From NCBI GenBank assembly GCA_038871515.1, contig JAVZHX010000001.1:248212-312211 (forward strand): a stretch of DNA of 64,000 bases, written 5' to 3'. Below, piece by piece: positions 28,120-37,178 of the stretch; within the stretch, counting starts at the first letter, position 1; every line of letters begins with the position of its first letter. The stretch comes from Candidatus Micrarchaeia archaeon (GTDB lineage: Archaea; Micrarchaeota; Micrarchaeia; Burarchaeales; Fermentimicrarchaeaceae). The position numbers were made by a program, and so were the translations under genes. Under the pieces are notes generated by a model. It did not search any database and was not told the origin of the DNA. It worked only from the letters and a program-made list of their open reading frames with translations.

Positions 28120-28193
28120 CGCCCCCACTGGGATTCGAACCCAGGACTCCGGCTCCGCAAGCCAGCATTTTATCCAGGCTAGACTATGGGGGC
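28120..28193 (-). tRNA. tRNA-Arg(GCG), atypical D-arm
   Basis: Acceptor GCCCCCA/TGGGGGC, anticodon arm CTGGC TTGCGGA GCCGG, T-arm CTGGG TTCGAAT CCCAG; D region GTCT AGCCTGGAT AAAATG does not form a standard stem-loop. Confidence 0.6.
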
Positions 28194-28246
28194 TTGAAAA
28201 TGGGTTATTTATACTTTACCCCATAAAACAATTAAAAGTGATGCAT

Positions 28247-28402
28247 ATGATGAAAATTTGCAGTTCGTGCGGCAAGCAAACCCGAGTGTATGCCGAGTTT
28301 CCCTGCCCGCACTGCGGAGAAGGGATAATAGTGAGGTGCCCCCACTGCAGGGAAGTGAGCAACACATATAGATGCGATAAGTGCGGCAAGGAAGGGCCGT
28401 AG
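28247..28402 (+). CDS. Small Zn-ribbon protein (51 aa, two CxxC pairs), COG2888-like, upstream of EF-1beta
   Basis: MMKICSSCGKQ...CPHCGEG...CPHCRE...CDKCGKEG; conserved archaeal neighbour of EF-1beta; not in ORF track (under 60 aa). Confidence 0.5.
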   Translation: MMKICSSCGKQTRVYAEFPCPHCGEGIIVRCPHCREVSNTYRCDKCGKEGP

Positions 28403-28410
28403 GTGATTGG

Positions 28411-28656
28411 ATGGGAGAGGTTGCAGTTGTTGCAAAAGTATTTCCGGATTCTATGGAAGTTTTTGATGAGCTGAAAGAGAATATAAAGAAAAAAGTAAAC
28501 CCATACAAACTTGAGGAGGAGGAAATTGCTTTCGGAATGAAAGCGCTGAGAGTAACTGTTATTGTTAAGGATGCTGGCGGAGAAGACGTTGAGGAAAAGC
28601 TGAAAAGTTTAAAAGGAGTCAGCGAGGTTCAAATTGAGGAAGTTGGAAGAATCTAG
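28411..28656 (+). CDS. Translation elongation factor aEF-1 beta
   Basis: About 82 aa; GEVAVVAKVFPDS...AFGMKALRVTVIVKDAGG..VEEKL typical EF1B fold. Confidence 0.75.
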   Translation: MGEVAVVAKVFPDSMEVFDELKENIKKKVNPYKLEEEEIAFGMKALRVTVIVKDAGGEDVEEKLKSLKGVSEVQIEEVGRI

Positions 28657-29123
28657 CGCTTCACCATCTCCCTTATAACTTCCAATTTTCTGTTTATTTT
28701 CTCCCAGTGAGAGCCCTCCCAAAAAACCTTCTTGCACTCCCTGCACATCCAGAAAACCTCATGCTTTGCAACTATCTCCTCAGGAACTGTTTTTTTAACC
28801 TCCTTCCTTCCAACCTGTTTTAGCGTTCCATTGCACAGAGGGCAGAAAACAGTTGATGGTGCGTTTGACAAATTTATTTTGAACCTTCTGACAAGAAGCG
28901 CAAGCTGCTCATCTGTTTCCCTTCGTGGCATGAGAAAAACTCTCACCCCCTGCTTCCTTGCTCGCTTGCACAAATCAGAATCCATTGTAAGCAGAATTTT
29001 GTTTTTTTCCTTTGCAAACTCAATTATTTTATCATCATCAACAGAAGGAGGGTAAAGAACCTCCACTCCAAGCAATCTTAACCACCTTGCAAGCTTCTTC
29101 AGCATCACATCCGCAACGAACAT
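28653..29123 (-). CDS. Mut7-C RNase-like (PIN-like) domain protein with C-terminal zinc ribbon
   Basis: N-terminal MFVADVMLKKLARWLRLLG... and CPLCNG...CRECKK pair. Confidence 0.65.
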   Translation of the reverse strand: MFVADVMLKKLARWLRLLGVEVLYPPSVDDDKIIEFAKEKNKILLTMDSDLCKRARKQGVRVFLMPRRETDEQLALLVRRFKINLSNAPSTVFCPLCNGTLKQVGRKEVKKTVPEEIVAKHEVFWMCRECKKVFWEGSHWEKINRKLEVIREMVKR

Positions 29124-29158
29124 ACATTCTTTTTAGTGTTAGTATTAAAAATAAATAC

Positions 29159-31426
29159 ATGATAGAAAAGCTCTGGCTGCGCAACTGGAAGTCGCACCAG
29201 GAAAGCTATTTTGAGTTTGGAAAGGGCACCAACCTGCTTGTTGGGCCGATGGGAAGCGGGAAAAGCACAGTGCTTGACGCTTTATGCTTTGCGCTTTTTG
29301 GAAGCTTCCCTGCTTTACAGCACAAGAGAGTTAAATTATCTGAAATTATAATGAGCAGGCCTGTTAAGGAGAAGGAAGCAGAGGTGAAGGTGGAGCTTGT
29401 TTGGGATGGGGTGAGGTATAGAATTGAGAGGAAAATCAGCTTGGATGGAAAAACAGAAGCAAGGATAAGCAGGGATGGAAAGCTTATTCAGGGACCACAG
29501 CCACAGAGGGTGAATGAGGAAGTTGAAAGGCTGCTTGGAGTTGACTATGATGTTTTCACAAGAGTTGTTTACTCAGAGCAGAACAGAATAGATTACTTTT
29601 TAACTTTGGGAAAAGGAGATAGAAAAACTCAAATTGATGAGCTTCTTGGGATAAGCAAGTTTGAAAACATGAGAACCAACCTCAGCACAATGCTCAACAA
29701 ACTGAGAGATATGAAAGAGAGCAGAAGCGAGCTTCTGAAAAATATGGATATTGAGAGAATAAAGAAGGAAGAAGCAGATGCGGAGGAGGAAGCTGAGAAA
29801 ATGAAAAGAGAGCTGAGTGAACTGGAAAGCAGGGAGAGGGAGCTTGAAAAAACAAAAGAGGAGGCGGAGAAGGAGCTTGAAAAATTTGAGGAGCTGGAGA
29901 GGGAGCACACGGCTCTCAGTGAAAAAAGAAGTGGGTTGACAAGAACAATTAGTGAGCTTGAGAGAGATGTTGAGAGGAAAACTGAGCTACTCAAAACAGA
30001 GAAAATTGAATTTGAAGAGAAGGAGTTAAGGAATTTGGAGAGGTTGTTGGAGGAGAAGAGGAAGGTTGTTGCGCGTTACACAAAGGAGATTGGTTCGTTG
30101 AGCGAAAGATTGAAAGTTGTTGAGGAGGAGGTTGAGGAGAGAAAGGAACTGGAGGAAAAATTGAGCAAAGAGAGAAGAGAGGGAGTTGAAAAGAAAAAAG
30201 AGAGTATTGAGAGGGAGTTGAGCGAAGTTAAGGGAAGTTTGAATTTTTCAAAGAGAAGAATTTCTGAGCTTGATGAAGTTATTGGTGAGTTAAGCAAAAA
30301 GTTAACCAAATGCCCTGTTTGTGAAACTCTTTTGAGTGAGGAGAGAAGAGTGGAGCTGCTGAGGAGAAGGGAGAAGGAGAGGGAGGAGGAGTTATCAAAA
30401 ATATCTGAGCTGGAAGCGAAAATTCAGGAGGGAAGCAAGGAGCTTGAAGAAGTTGCAAAGAAGTTGAAAATGTTAATTGAAGTTGAGGAGAGGTTGGGCA
30501 AGCTTAGGGATGAGAGGGAGCTTGAGAAACTGAAAGTTGTTTTGAGGGAGAGCGAGGAGAAGTTAAGAAAAGAGGAGGACGAGTTAAAGGAGCTTGAGAG
30601 AAAGGAGAAGATGATGAGAACGGCAAGCGAGGTAAATGATACAAAAAGGCGGATAAATGAATTGAAGAAGGAAGTTGAGGAAATTGAGGATAAAATTGAG
30701 AAGCTTGGGTTTGACAGAAAAGCTATGGAGGAGAGAAGGGAAATTGTTAAGAAGCTCAGCGTGGAGCACAGCAGAATTGCTGAGAGAGTTGAGGGAGTGA
30801 GGAAGGAGTTGAAGAGAGTTGAGGAAATGGTGAAAGTGAAAAAGGAGGAGAGGGAGAGGTATGAGAAGCTTGAGATGGAAGTGAAGAAGTACGATGAAAT
30901 TTATGGTAAGCTAGTTGTTTTTCAGAATGCAGTTCAAGAAACTCAGAAGGAGCTGAGGGAGGAGCTTGTTGAGGCAATAAACTCAGTTATGGGAAGCATA
31001 TGGAGCATAATCTACCCATACGGTGATTATAAAGGAGTAAGACTGAGCATAGAAGAAAACGACTATGAGTTGCAGCTTAACGCAGATGGGGTTTGGGTGA
31101 GCGTTGACGGAGTTGCAAGCGGTGGTGAGAGGACAAGCGCAACCATTGCGATGAGAATTGCGTTTGCGATGGTGCTTGTTCCAAATTTGGGATGGCTGAT
31201 ACTTGATGAGCCAACGCATAATTTAGATGAGGAGGGGAGAAAAGCGCTTGGGGCAGTTTTAAGCGAGCATGCGCCGAAAATAGTTGGGCAGATTTTTGTT
31301 ATAACTCATGATGAGGGTTTGAAGGATGCGATGAGCGGAAGGGTATACCGCCTGTGGAGGGATAAGGAGAGAAGTGGGCCTACCCAAATTGAGGAGGTAA
31401 ATATTTTAAATACCACGCAACAATAA
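29159..31426 (+). CDS. rad50: Rad50-like SMC-family ATPase with central CxxC zinc hook
   Basis: Walker A GPMGSGKST, central KCPVCETLL hook within long coiled coils, signature SGGERTSA, Walker B LILDEPT, H-loop VITHD. Confidence 0.8.
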   Translation: MIEKLWLRNWKSHQESYFEFGKGTNLLVGPMGSGKSTVLDALCFALFGSFPALQHKRVKLSEIIMSRPVKEKEAEVKVELVWDGVRYRIERKISLDGKTEARISRDGKLIQGPQPQRVNEEVERLLGVDYDVFTRVVYSEQNRIDYFLTLGKGDRKTQIDELLGISKFENMRTNLSTMLNKLRDMKESRSELLKNMDIERIKKEEADAEEEAEKMKRELSELESRERELEKTKEEAEKELEKFEELEREHTALSEKRSGLTRTISELERDVERKTELLKTEKIEFEEKELRNLERLLEEKRKVVARYTKEIGSLSERLKVVEEEVEERKELEEKLSKERREGVEKKKESIERELSEVKGSLNFSKRRISELDEVIGELSKKLTKCPVCETLLSEERRVELLRRREKEREEELSKISELEAKIQEGSKELEEVAKKLKMLIEVEERLGKLRDERELEKLKVVLRESEEKLRKEEDELKELERKEKMMRTASEVNDTKRRINELKKEVEEIEDKIEKLGFDRKAMEERREIVKKLSVEHSRIAERVEGVRKELKRVEEMVKVKKEERERYEKLEMEVKKYDEIYGKLVVFQNAVQETQKELREELVEAINSVMGSIWSIIYPYGDYKGVRLSIEENDYELQLNADGVWVSVDGVASGGERTSATIAMRIAFAMVLVPNLGWLILDEPTHNLDEEGRKALGAVLSEHAPKIVGQIFVITHDEGLKDAMSGRVYRLWRDKERSGPTQIEEVNILNTTQQ

Positions 31427-31453
31427 CTTTTCATTAAAAAATGGTGGGGAAGA

Positions 31454-31750
31454 ATGGAGGAAGAAAAGCAGTTGGAGCTTCTGAAAAACTCGGGAATTCT
31501 GTCTGAATTCGTGCAGAGCACTGGTGGGAACTGGAAGCATGAGGATTGGGAGAAGCTACTTGAGAGAGTGAGAGGGGAGAATATAACCCTCCCGCCGGAA
31601 GTGATTGGAACGCTGCTGGAAGCTGAGAGAGTTGCGTATATGGAGAAGTTAAGCAAGAGTGAGGGTGAAACTGCGGTGAATTTTGAGAAACTGACACTCA
31701 GAAAAAGAAGGAGGTATTTTGAGGAGGAAATTAAGAGGAGGATGAGGTGA
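31454..31750 (+). CDS. Hypothetical small charged protein, translationally coupled to the downstream MinD-like gene
   Basis: 98 aa, no motif; 4-nt gap to the next gene. Confidence 0.35.
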   Translation: MEEEKQLELLKNSGILSEFVQSTGGNWKHEDWEKLLERVRGENITLPPEVIGTLLEAERVAYMEKLSKSEGETAVNFEKLTLRKRRRYFEEEIKRRMR

Positions 31751-31754
31751 GGGA

Positions 31755-32489
31755 GTGATTATAACTGTTGCTTCTGGAAAGGGAGGAGTTGGGAAGAGCA
31801 ATTTGGTTGCAAACCTGGGTTTGTGCCTTGCTGACTTTGGAGTGGATACGCTTATTTTTGACGGCAATCTAACCAACGGAGATTTATCATGCATCCTCGG
31901 CCCTCCGTTCCCAGAGAGAACAATACAGGATGTTTTTTCAGATGGGATTAACTTCAACGATGTTATTTTCACCCACCCTGCAGGAGTTAAAATGATTGCA
32001 TCAAGCCTTTCGCTGGATGACATTGAAGCAGTCTCACCGCAGAACTTATGGAGGATACGCACCCAGCTGAGCAGGTCTGCGGACATTGTGCTTGTTGATG
32101 CGCCAGGAACGCTTGGAGGAAACACGCTTGAAGCGCTCAGAATAGCTGACAGAGTTATACTTATAACAACTCCTGAAATTACCTCTTTTTCAAACACGCT
32201 GAAAACAAAAATGGTTGCTGAGAGGAATGGAATAGAGATTTTTGGAACAGTGCTGAACAAAGTGAGGAAAAATGAGAAGGGAGTGAGAAGGCTTGCGAAG
32301 GAGTGGCTTGGAACGACTTTGCTGTGCAGCCTTCCTTATGACAACAATGTGATAAAATCATCTGAATACGGAAGGCCGGTTCTAAGACACAAGCCAAGAA
32401 GCCCGTACAGCATTGGGATAAGGAAGTTTGGAGCGAAGCTTGCAAACGTAACCTACAAACCAGGCAGAAAATCAAGGAAGCGCCGCTAG
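31755..32489 (+). CDS. MinD/ParA-family P-loop ATPase
   Basis: Deviant Walker A SGKGGVGKS. Confidence 0.8.
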   Translation: MIITVASGKGGVGKSNLVANLGLCLADFGVDTLIFDGNLTNGDLSCILGPPFPERTIQDVFSDGINFNDVIFTHPAGVKMIASSLSLDDIEAVSPQNLWRIRTQLSRSADIVLVDAPGTLGGNTLEALRIADRVILITTPEITSFSNTLKTKMVAERNGIEIFGTVLNKVRKNEKGVRRLAKEWLGTTLLCSLPYDNNVIKSSEYGRPVLRHKPRSPYSIGIRKFGAKLANVTYKPGRKSRKRR

Positions 32490-33449
32490 CTCGCTTGCTG
32501 CTTTTTCTGGCGGAAAAGTGTTGATTATTATATCGCTCCCTAGCTCAAAACCCGCAAGCTTTGCCAAACGAGGGCATATCTCAATATGAAAGTGATAATC
32601 CTGCAAGTGGGAGAGGTGCAGGTAATAATTATACGGTGGGTTGTTGAGCAACCTGTGAAGCTTGCTCAAAACTCTTTTCAATGCGTCTGCCATTGAATTT
32701 TTTTCCTCATCACTCAGCTCCGTTATGTTTTTCACGTGCTTCTTTGGGATAAGCCAAACTTCAAATGGAAAACGAGAGGCAAAAGGTGCAAAGCAGACAA
32801 AGTGGCTGTTTTCAAAAACCTTTCTTTCAGATTCAAGCTCCATTGCAATCACATCGCAGAAAATACACCTCTTATACTTTTCGTAATACTCCTTATACGC
32901 CTTCATCTCCTCCTCAACCAAAGAAGGTATTCTCGGAAGAGCAATTATCTGGCTGTGCTCATGAACAAGCGAGGTTCCTGCTTCCTCCCCATGATTCTTG
33001 AAAACCAGCACATATTCTATTCCTTTTATTTTTCTTATTTCATCAACGCGCATGCAATACATATCAATAACCTTTCTTATTCCCTCAGCTGGAAGCTCGT
33101 GAAGATTTAGTTTGTGCTGGTTTGTTTCCACAACAACCTCATGCTTACCAAATGCTTTTGGAAAGTTTGTTGAGGTTGCTGGGTACATATTTTCAAAGCA
33201 CCTCACCTCCCATTCCTTTTCGCCAATTCTTGCTATCTCCGGGGGAGTGAGCTTCTCATTCCCAGGGCAGAAAGGGCATGTTCCCTCCTTCAGAGGAGGA
33301 GCTGCTTTCGCGTATTCATGCGGTCTCCTGCTTCTGTTCTCTGCAATTATCACCCATCTATCCAGAATGCAATCCTTTCTTAATTCATTCATAAAATCAC
33401 TATAAGAATGCTTCAACCTCATTTTTCTTTTTTTCACCCAACTCCTCAA
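32472..33449 (-). CDS. Galactose-1-phosphate uridylyltransferase-like HIT-family nucleotidyltransferase (GalT / Ap4A phosphorylase family)
   Basis: CPFCPGNE zinc motif and HxHxQ-like VHEHSQ. Confidence 0.65.
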   Translation of the reverse strand: MRSWVKKRKMRLKHSYSDFMNELRKDCILDRWVIIAENRSRRPHEYAKAAPPLKEGTCPFCPGNEKLTPPEIARIGEKEWEVRCFENMYPATSTNFPKAFGKHEVVVETNQHKLNLHELPAEGIRKVIDMYCMRVDEIRKIKGIEYVLVFKNHGEEAGTSLVHEHSQIIALPRIPSLVEEEMKAYKEYYEKYKRCIFCDVIAMELESERKVFENSHFVCFAPFASRFPFEVWLIPKKHVKNITELSDEEKNSMADALKRVLSKLHRLLNNPPYNYYLHLSHLQDYHFHIEICPRLAKLAGFELGSDIIINTFPPEKAASELAALP

Positions 33450-34905
33450 ACCTCCTTGCTAAAACATCTATCTGCTCCCCTTTTAATGATTTTTTTGATT
33501 TTCTCTTCCTTATTTTAACAAACACTGGGAAGTTAAGCGCTTCCCCAACAATAAGCGCTTCCCCAACTCTCAGCGTTGTTATGTTTTTCAGCATGGACTC
33601 ATCAAGCGCCTCGCATCCCTCTCCAATATGTTTAATATCATTTGGGTTGGTTACCCTCATTATTATATGCGTGTTTGCCTGGGCAAGCGCAGTTGTGCTC
33701 AGCTGAACAGGCCTCTGGCTTATCAACCCAATGGATGCGCCGAACTTTCTCCCCTCCCTTGCTATTTTTTCTATTATACTTTTTGAAATCATATCCTCCT
33801 TTGACGCTTTCTCCTTCGCAAAGTTATGGGATTCCTCAACAAGCAGCACAAACGGGGGGATGCGTTCTTTTTTTCTTGCAGCAAAAAGCTTCCTCGCAAA
33901 GTATGCGACGATGAACTGCTTCTTCCTTAGTTCATTTATCTCGCTTAAATCTATCACTGAAAGCTTCCCTGGCTGAGCAAGCTCGTGCACGCTTGGCGAG
34001 TCATTCCTCCCAAACAACCTCATTGATTTTAAAGAGTAGAGAGTTGCAGCAAGCGATGCTTTTGTTGTTTCCTTTGTATCGCTCTCCTGAACTCTTTGAA
34101 TTACATCATCCAAGTCAAAAAGCTCTCCCTTGGTTTTCTTTTCCTGCTTAAGCTCAATCAAAATATTTTCAATATCCCTTTTCTGCGCAGAGCTGAGCTG
34201 CGGAAGGAACTCCCTCAGCATCTGCGGGGAAATCCTGCTCACTCCTATGCGCACCTTTCTTCCATCAAAAACATTTGTTTTGCTTGCATACTCCGGAGTG
34301 CTTTTGAAACCTCCATATTCTCCGTGGACGTCAACAATTATCACGGCAACCCTCCCCTGCTCAGGAGTTCTGTCAAGCAGCTCCTCAATTATCACGCTTG
34401 CCAGGTATGACTTTCCAGCCCCGCTCATCGCAAGTATTGCAAAATGCTTCTGAAGCAACCTGTTCAAATTCAGTTTCACATCAATTTTGTGATGCTCAAC
34501 TTCACCAATAAACAAACCTGCTGGGTCAAACCCAAGTATCCTTGTGAGTATATTCTCGTCTGCCAAGCTGACCTTGCTTCCAGGGGCGGGAGGGAATGCG
34601 TTGCGGAAAAGGTTTTCCTCCCTGTACGTGCCAAGAATTCTCACATCCGCAACTGTGTATTCCCACTCTGTTGTTGGGAAGTTCTTCAAGAGAGGCTCCC
34701 CTCCCCTTTCGTACTCGGCCACGCTCTCTGCCCTCTCAAAGTATCTATTCGCCCTTGTTATATCTGTTACAAAGCCAATGAGCAACCCATCCTCTGCTTC
34801 AATCTGCACATAGTGCCCTTTCCTAACTTTGCTGTTGTTAACAACAAATGAGAACTCGGTTGTTGAAGGACCATCAAACGTTGTTATCACAGTTCCAAGT
34901 TCCAT
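33400..34905 (-). CDS. herA: HerA-like (FtsK/HerA family, DUF87) hexameric ATPase/helicase
   Basis: Walker A AILAMSGAGKSY, Walker B VLLVEESHNF, about 500 aa, NurA gene upstream. Confidence 0.7.
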   Translation of the reverse strand: MELGTVITTFDGPSTTEFSFVVNNSKVRKGHYVQIEAEDGLLIGFVTDITRANRYFERAESVAEYERGGEPLLKNFPTTEWEYTVADVRILGTYREENLFRNAFPPAPGSKVSLADENILTRILGFDPAGLFIGEVEHHKIDVKLNLNRLLQKHFAILAMSGAGKSYLASVIIEELLDRTPEQGRVAVIIVDVHGEYGGFKSTPEYASKTNVFDGRKVRIGVSRISPQMLREFLPQLSSAQKRDIENILIELKQEKKTKGELFDLDDVIQRVQESDTKETTKASLAATLYSLKSMRLFGRNDSPSVHELAQPGKLSVIDLSEINELRKKQFIVAYFARKLFAARKKERIPPFVLLVEESHNFAKEKASKEDMISKSIIEKIAREGRKFGASIGLISQRPVQLSTTALAQANTHIIMRVTNPNDIKHIGEGCEALDESMLKNITTLRVGEALIVGEALNFPVFVKIRKRKSKKSLKGEQIDVLARRFEELGEKKKNEVEAFL

Positions 34906-34937
34906 AAACTCACTTATTCTCCTCTGTATTTAAATTA

Positions 34938-35663
34938 CTATAGAGAGGGTAACTTTCCAGTGATTAGGAAAATTAAAAGAACTGCAGAGATGATTGTTAA
35001 GAGAATGTGAATGAGGAATGAAATTGAGAAGGAGAGAACTGCGATTAATGGGTTGAAAGAGTGAATTTCCTTTATTGTTACGAGAGTTAGGAAAATTCCG
35101 TATAATGAAATTATCACAAACCCAATCAGGGAGAGGATGAAACCGAAGTATGGAATTGTTATAAGTATAGCTGCAAATATGTAGAATGGAGCAAGCGCCA
35201 ATGCAACATATGAGAGCAGGCATGCCTGCTCAACAAACGTTCCTTTTCCACCAAGCATTTTCGCTGGCAGGTATAGAATTGCTGATGAAACTAACCACGA
35301 TATAACTGCAATCCCAAACCCATAGATTGTTGTTATGAGCAAGCTGAATAGAGTTGATGGTTGCAACATAACTTCAGGAAGTCTCAACAGAAAGAGAACT
35401 GCAAGCATCACAAGGATTCGGAACGCAGTTGCAATTAAATACAGCAGAGAAACATTCATAAATCCTCTCAGAAGCGAGGAATGGTATTTGAGTTTTTTTA
35501 CAGCACGCAGCGGTTCAATGTATAGCGAAATTACTGCGTCAGTTATTTTTGGCGCGCTTTCCTCTTTGTAAAACTCCTCGGCGCTTCTGTCAAACGACAT
35601 AACTTCTTTAGGTGATGTGAGAAGGTTCCCACAAACAGGGCATTTTCCATTCAAGGAGAGCAC
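34938..35663 (-). CDS. Polytopic membrane protein (Yip1-like) with N-terminal CxxC zinc ribbon
   Basis: N-terminal GKCPVCGNLL then five or more TM helices; located between nurA and herA. Confidence 0.4.
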   Translation of the reverse strand: MLSLNGKCPVCGNLLTSPKEVMSFDRSAEEFYKEESAPKITDAVISLYIEPLRAVKKLKYHSSLLRGFMNVSLLYLIATAFRILVMLAVLFLLRLPEVMLQPSTLFSLLITTIYGFGIAVISWLVSSAILYLPAKMLGGKGTFVEQACLLSYVALALAPFYIFAAILITIPYFGFILSLIGFVIISLYGIFLTLVTIKEIHSFNPLIAVLSFSISFLIHILLTIISAVLLIFLITGKLPSL

Positions 35664-35745
35664 ACAGCCACCGCAGTAGTATAATTTGCACCTCTCGCAA
35701 ACTCCAACCGCATCCTTATCTGGATGATTTGAGCATTTTATAATA

Positions 35746-36792
35746 TCACCTGAAAGGCCTGCTGTTGCTTCTCAAAGGAAGGAATGAAACTCTTCTCCCA
35801 GCTCTGAGCAGAAGGTTCTGGCAAACTCTTTCAACCTCCTCTCTTTCCAACGCAGCCCTCATATCAGCTTCTATCAGCACTGCGGGGTATGCATACTTCT
35901 GGTTAATTCTGCTTAAGGAGTATATTAAAGATGCTACCTCAGAAGCCGTTCTCTCTGCTTTTAGAAACTCAACGCGCAGCGGTCTATCGTTTTTAACTGG
36001 TTTCACGTAAAATGCATGAACGCTCGCTCCCCACTTCCCCAAATCCTTCAGCACCTGGTGCTCCCTCTCAGGGCTTGAGTAGTGAAACTCAAAAACCCTC
36101 TCCCCTTCGTTTAGAAGAAAATGCAGGAAGGAGGTGTCGTTGGATGTTTTCAGAATCTCCCCCTCCGCAATAGTTTTTTCAACTATCTCTATAAACCTCT
36201 TCCCCCTGCTGTCCTTTATCACTCCTATCAACTGGCAGTTATTCTCTTTGCAGTAAGAATAAAGGGAGTTGTACAATTCAAGCAGTGAATTATAAAGCGG
36301 GCGCACCGATGAGTTTTCTGATGGTTTGTCAGAAATCTGAGGAACAATTGAGCCGTCAAGCAGAAGGTAATCTGGCTTGAATTTCTTTACTGTTTCACAA
36401 GCAGTTTCAACCTCCTTCTTCAACCTTGCAAGCGATTTATGCCATGTGAACTCGTGCGAGTCAAGCGCTGTGAGCGCGCTTGGCTCTGCTTCAGGAGCGC
36501 GGGATGGGTGGTAGCTGTGTGAAATTCTTTTTGAGTTTTTGTATTCAAATATCACCGAAACTGCTCTTGTTAAAACTAAATCAAACCCGTGAAACTCCTG
36601 CGCGCCCAACCCCCCATCAACAGCTGCAACCCTGCAGTTCAGCTCAACAGGTTCAACTTTGTGAATTAAACCTTTCTCAAGCGCTTCTGGATAAACCTCT
36701 CTCCCTTCCTCGCGAAGTTTCTCCGCCAACTCCGCCCTTTTCCTCTCAAGCTCATCCATTCTATTTATAAGCTCAGCCAGCTTTTCATGCAT
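35746..36792 (-). CDS. nurA: NurA-like 5-prime to 3-prime nuclease
   Basis: VAAVDGGLG motif (NurA catalytic Asp region), size about 350 aa, adjacent herA. Confidence 0.6.
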   Translation of the reverse strand: MHEKLAELINRMDELERKRAELAEKLREEGREVYPEALEKGLIHKVEPVELNCRVAAVDGGLGAQEFHGFDLVLTRAVSVIFEYKNSKRISHSYHPSRAPEAEPSALTALDSHEFTWHKSLARLKKEVETACETVKKFKPDYLLLDGSIVPQISDKPSENSSVRPLYNSLLELYNSLYSYCKENNCQLIGVIKDSRGKRFIEIVEKTIAEGEILKTSNDTSFLHFLLNEGERVFEFHYSSPEREHQVLKDLGKWGASVHAFYVKPVKNDRPLRVEFLKAERTASEVASLIYSLSRINQKYAYPAVLIEADMRAALEREEVERVCQNLLLRAGRRVSFLPLRSNSRPFR

Positions 36793-36833
36793 ATGTTTAT
36801 TTAATTTCAGGTGAATTTATAAATTAGATTGAG

Positions 36834-37178
36834 ATGAAGCAGGTGATAGTTGTCAGAAGTGATTTGAAGCTAGGCAAGGGGAAGCTGGCAGCCCACGTTT
36901 CGCATGCTTCCCTCGCAGGTTATAAGCTTGTCAAAAATAAGAAACCGGAGTTTGTTGGGGAGTGGGAGAAGGAAGGTGAGAAGAAGATAGTTGTGAAAGT
37001 TGAAAGCGAGAAAGAGTTAGTTGAGCTTTACGAGAGAGTTAAAAAAGAAATTCCTTCTGTGCTGATTAAGGATGCTGGTTTAACTCAAATTCCACCAGGA
37101 ACAGTTACCTGCCTTGTGATTGGCCCATGGAAGGATGAGGAAGTTGATGAATTTACTAGAAATTTGAAACTGCTTTAA
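36834..37178 (+). CDS. pth2: Peptidyl-tRNA hydrolase, archaeal/eukaryotic PTH2 type
   Basis: MKQVIVVRSDLKLGKGKLAAHVSHAS signature. Confidence 0.85.
   Translation: MKQVIVVRSDLKLGKGKLAAHVSHASLAGYKLVKNKKPEFVGEWEKEGEKKIVVKVESEKELVELYERVKKEIPSVLIKDAGLTQIPPGTVTCLVIGPWKDEEVDEFTRNLKLL

Noticed and set aside
29600-30309. Ser/Leu-rich antisense ORFs (29629-29994, 30076-30309 and others) inside the rad50 coiled-coil region
   Set aside because: Low-complexity antisense translations of the GAG/AAG-rich coiled-coil coding sequence; the plus-strand Rad50 ORF explains the region
33642-34851. Plus-strand ORFs inside herA (33642-33914, 34096-34453, 34444-34851)
   Set aside because: Antisense to the motif-supported HerA-like gene
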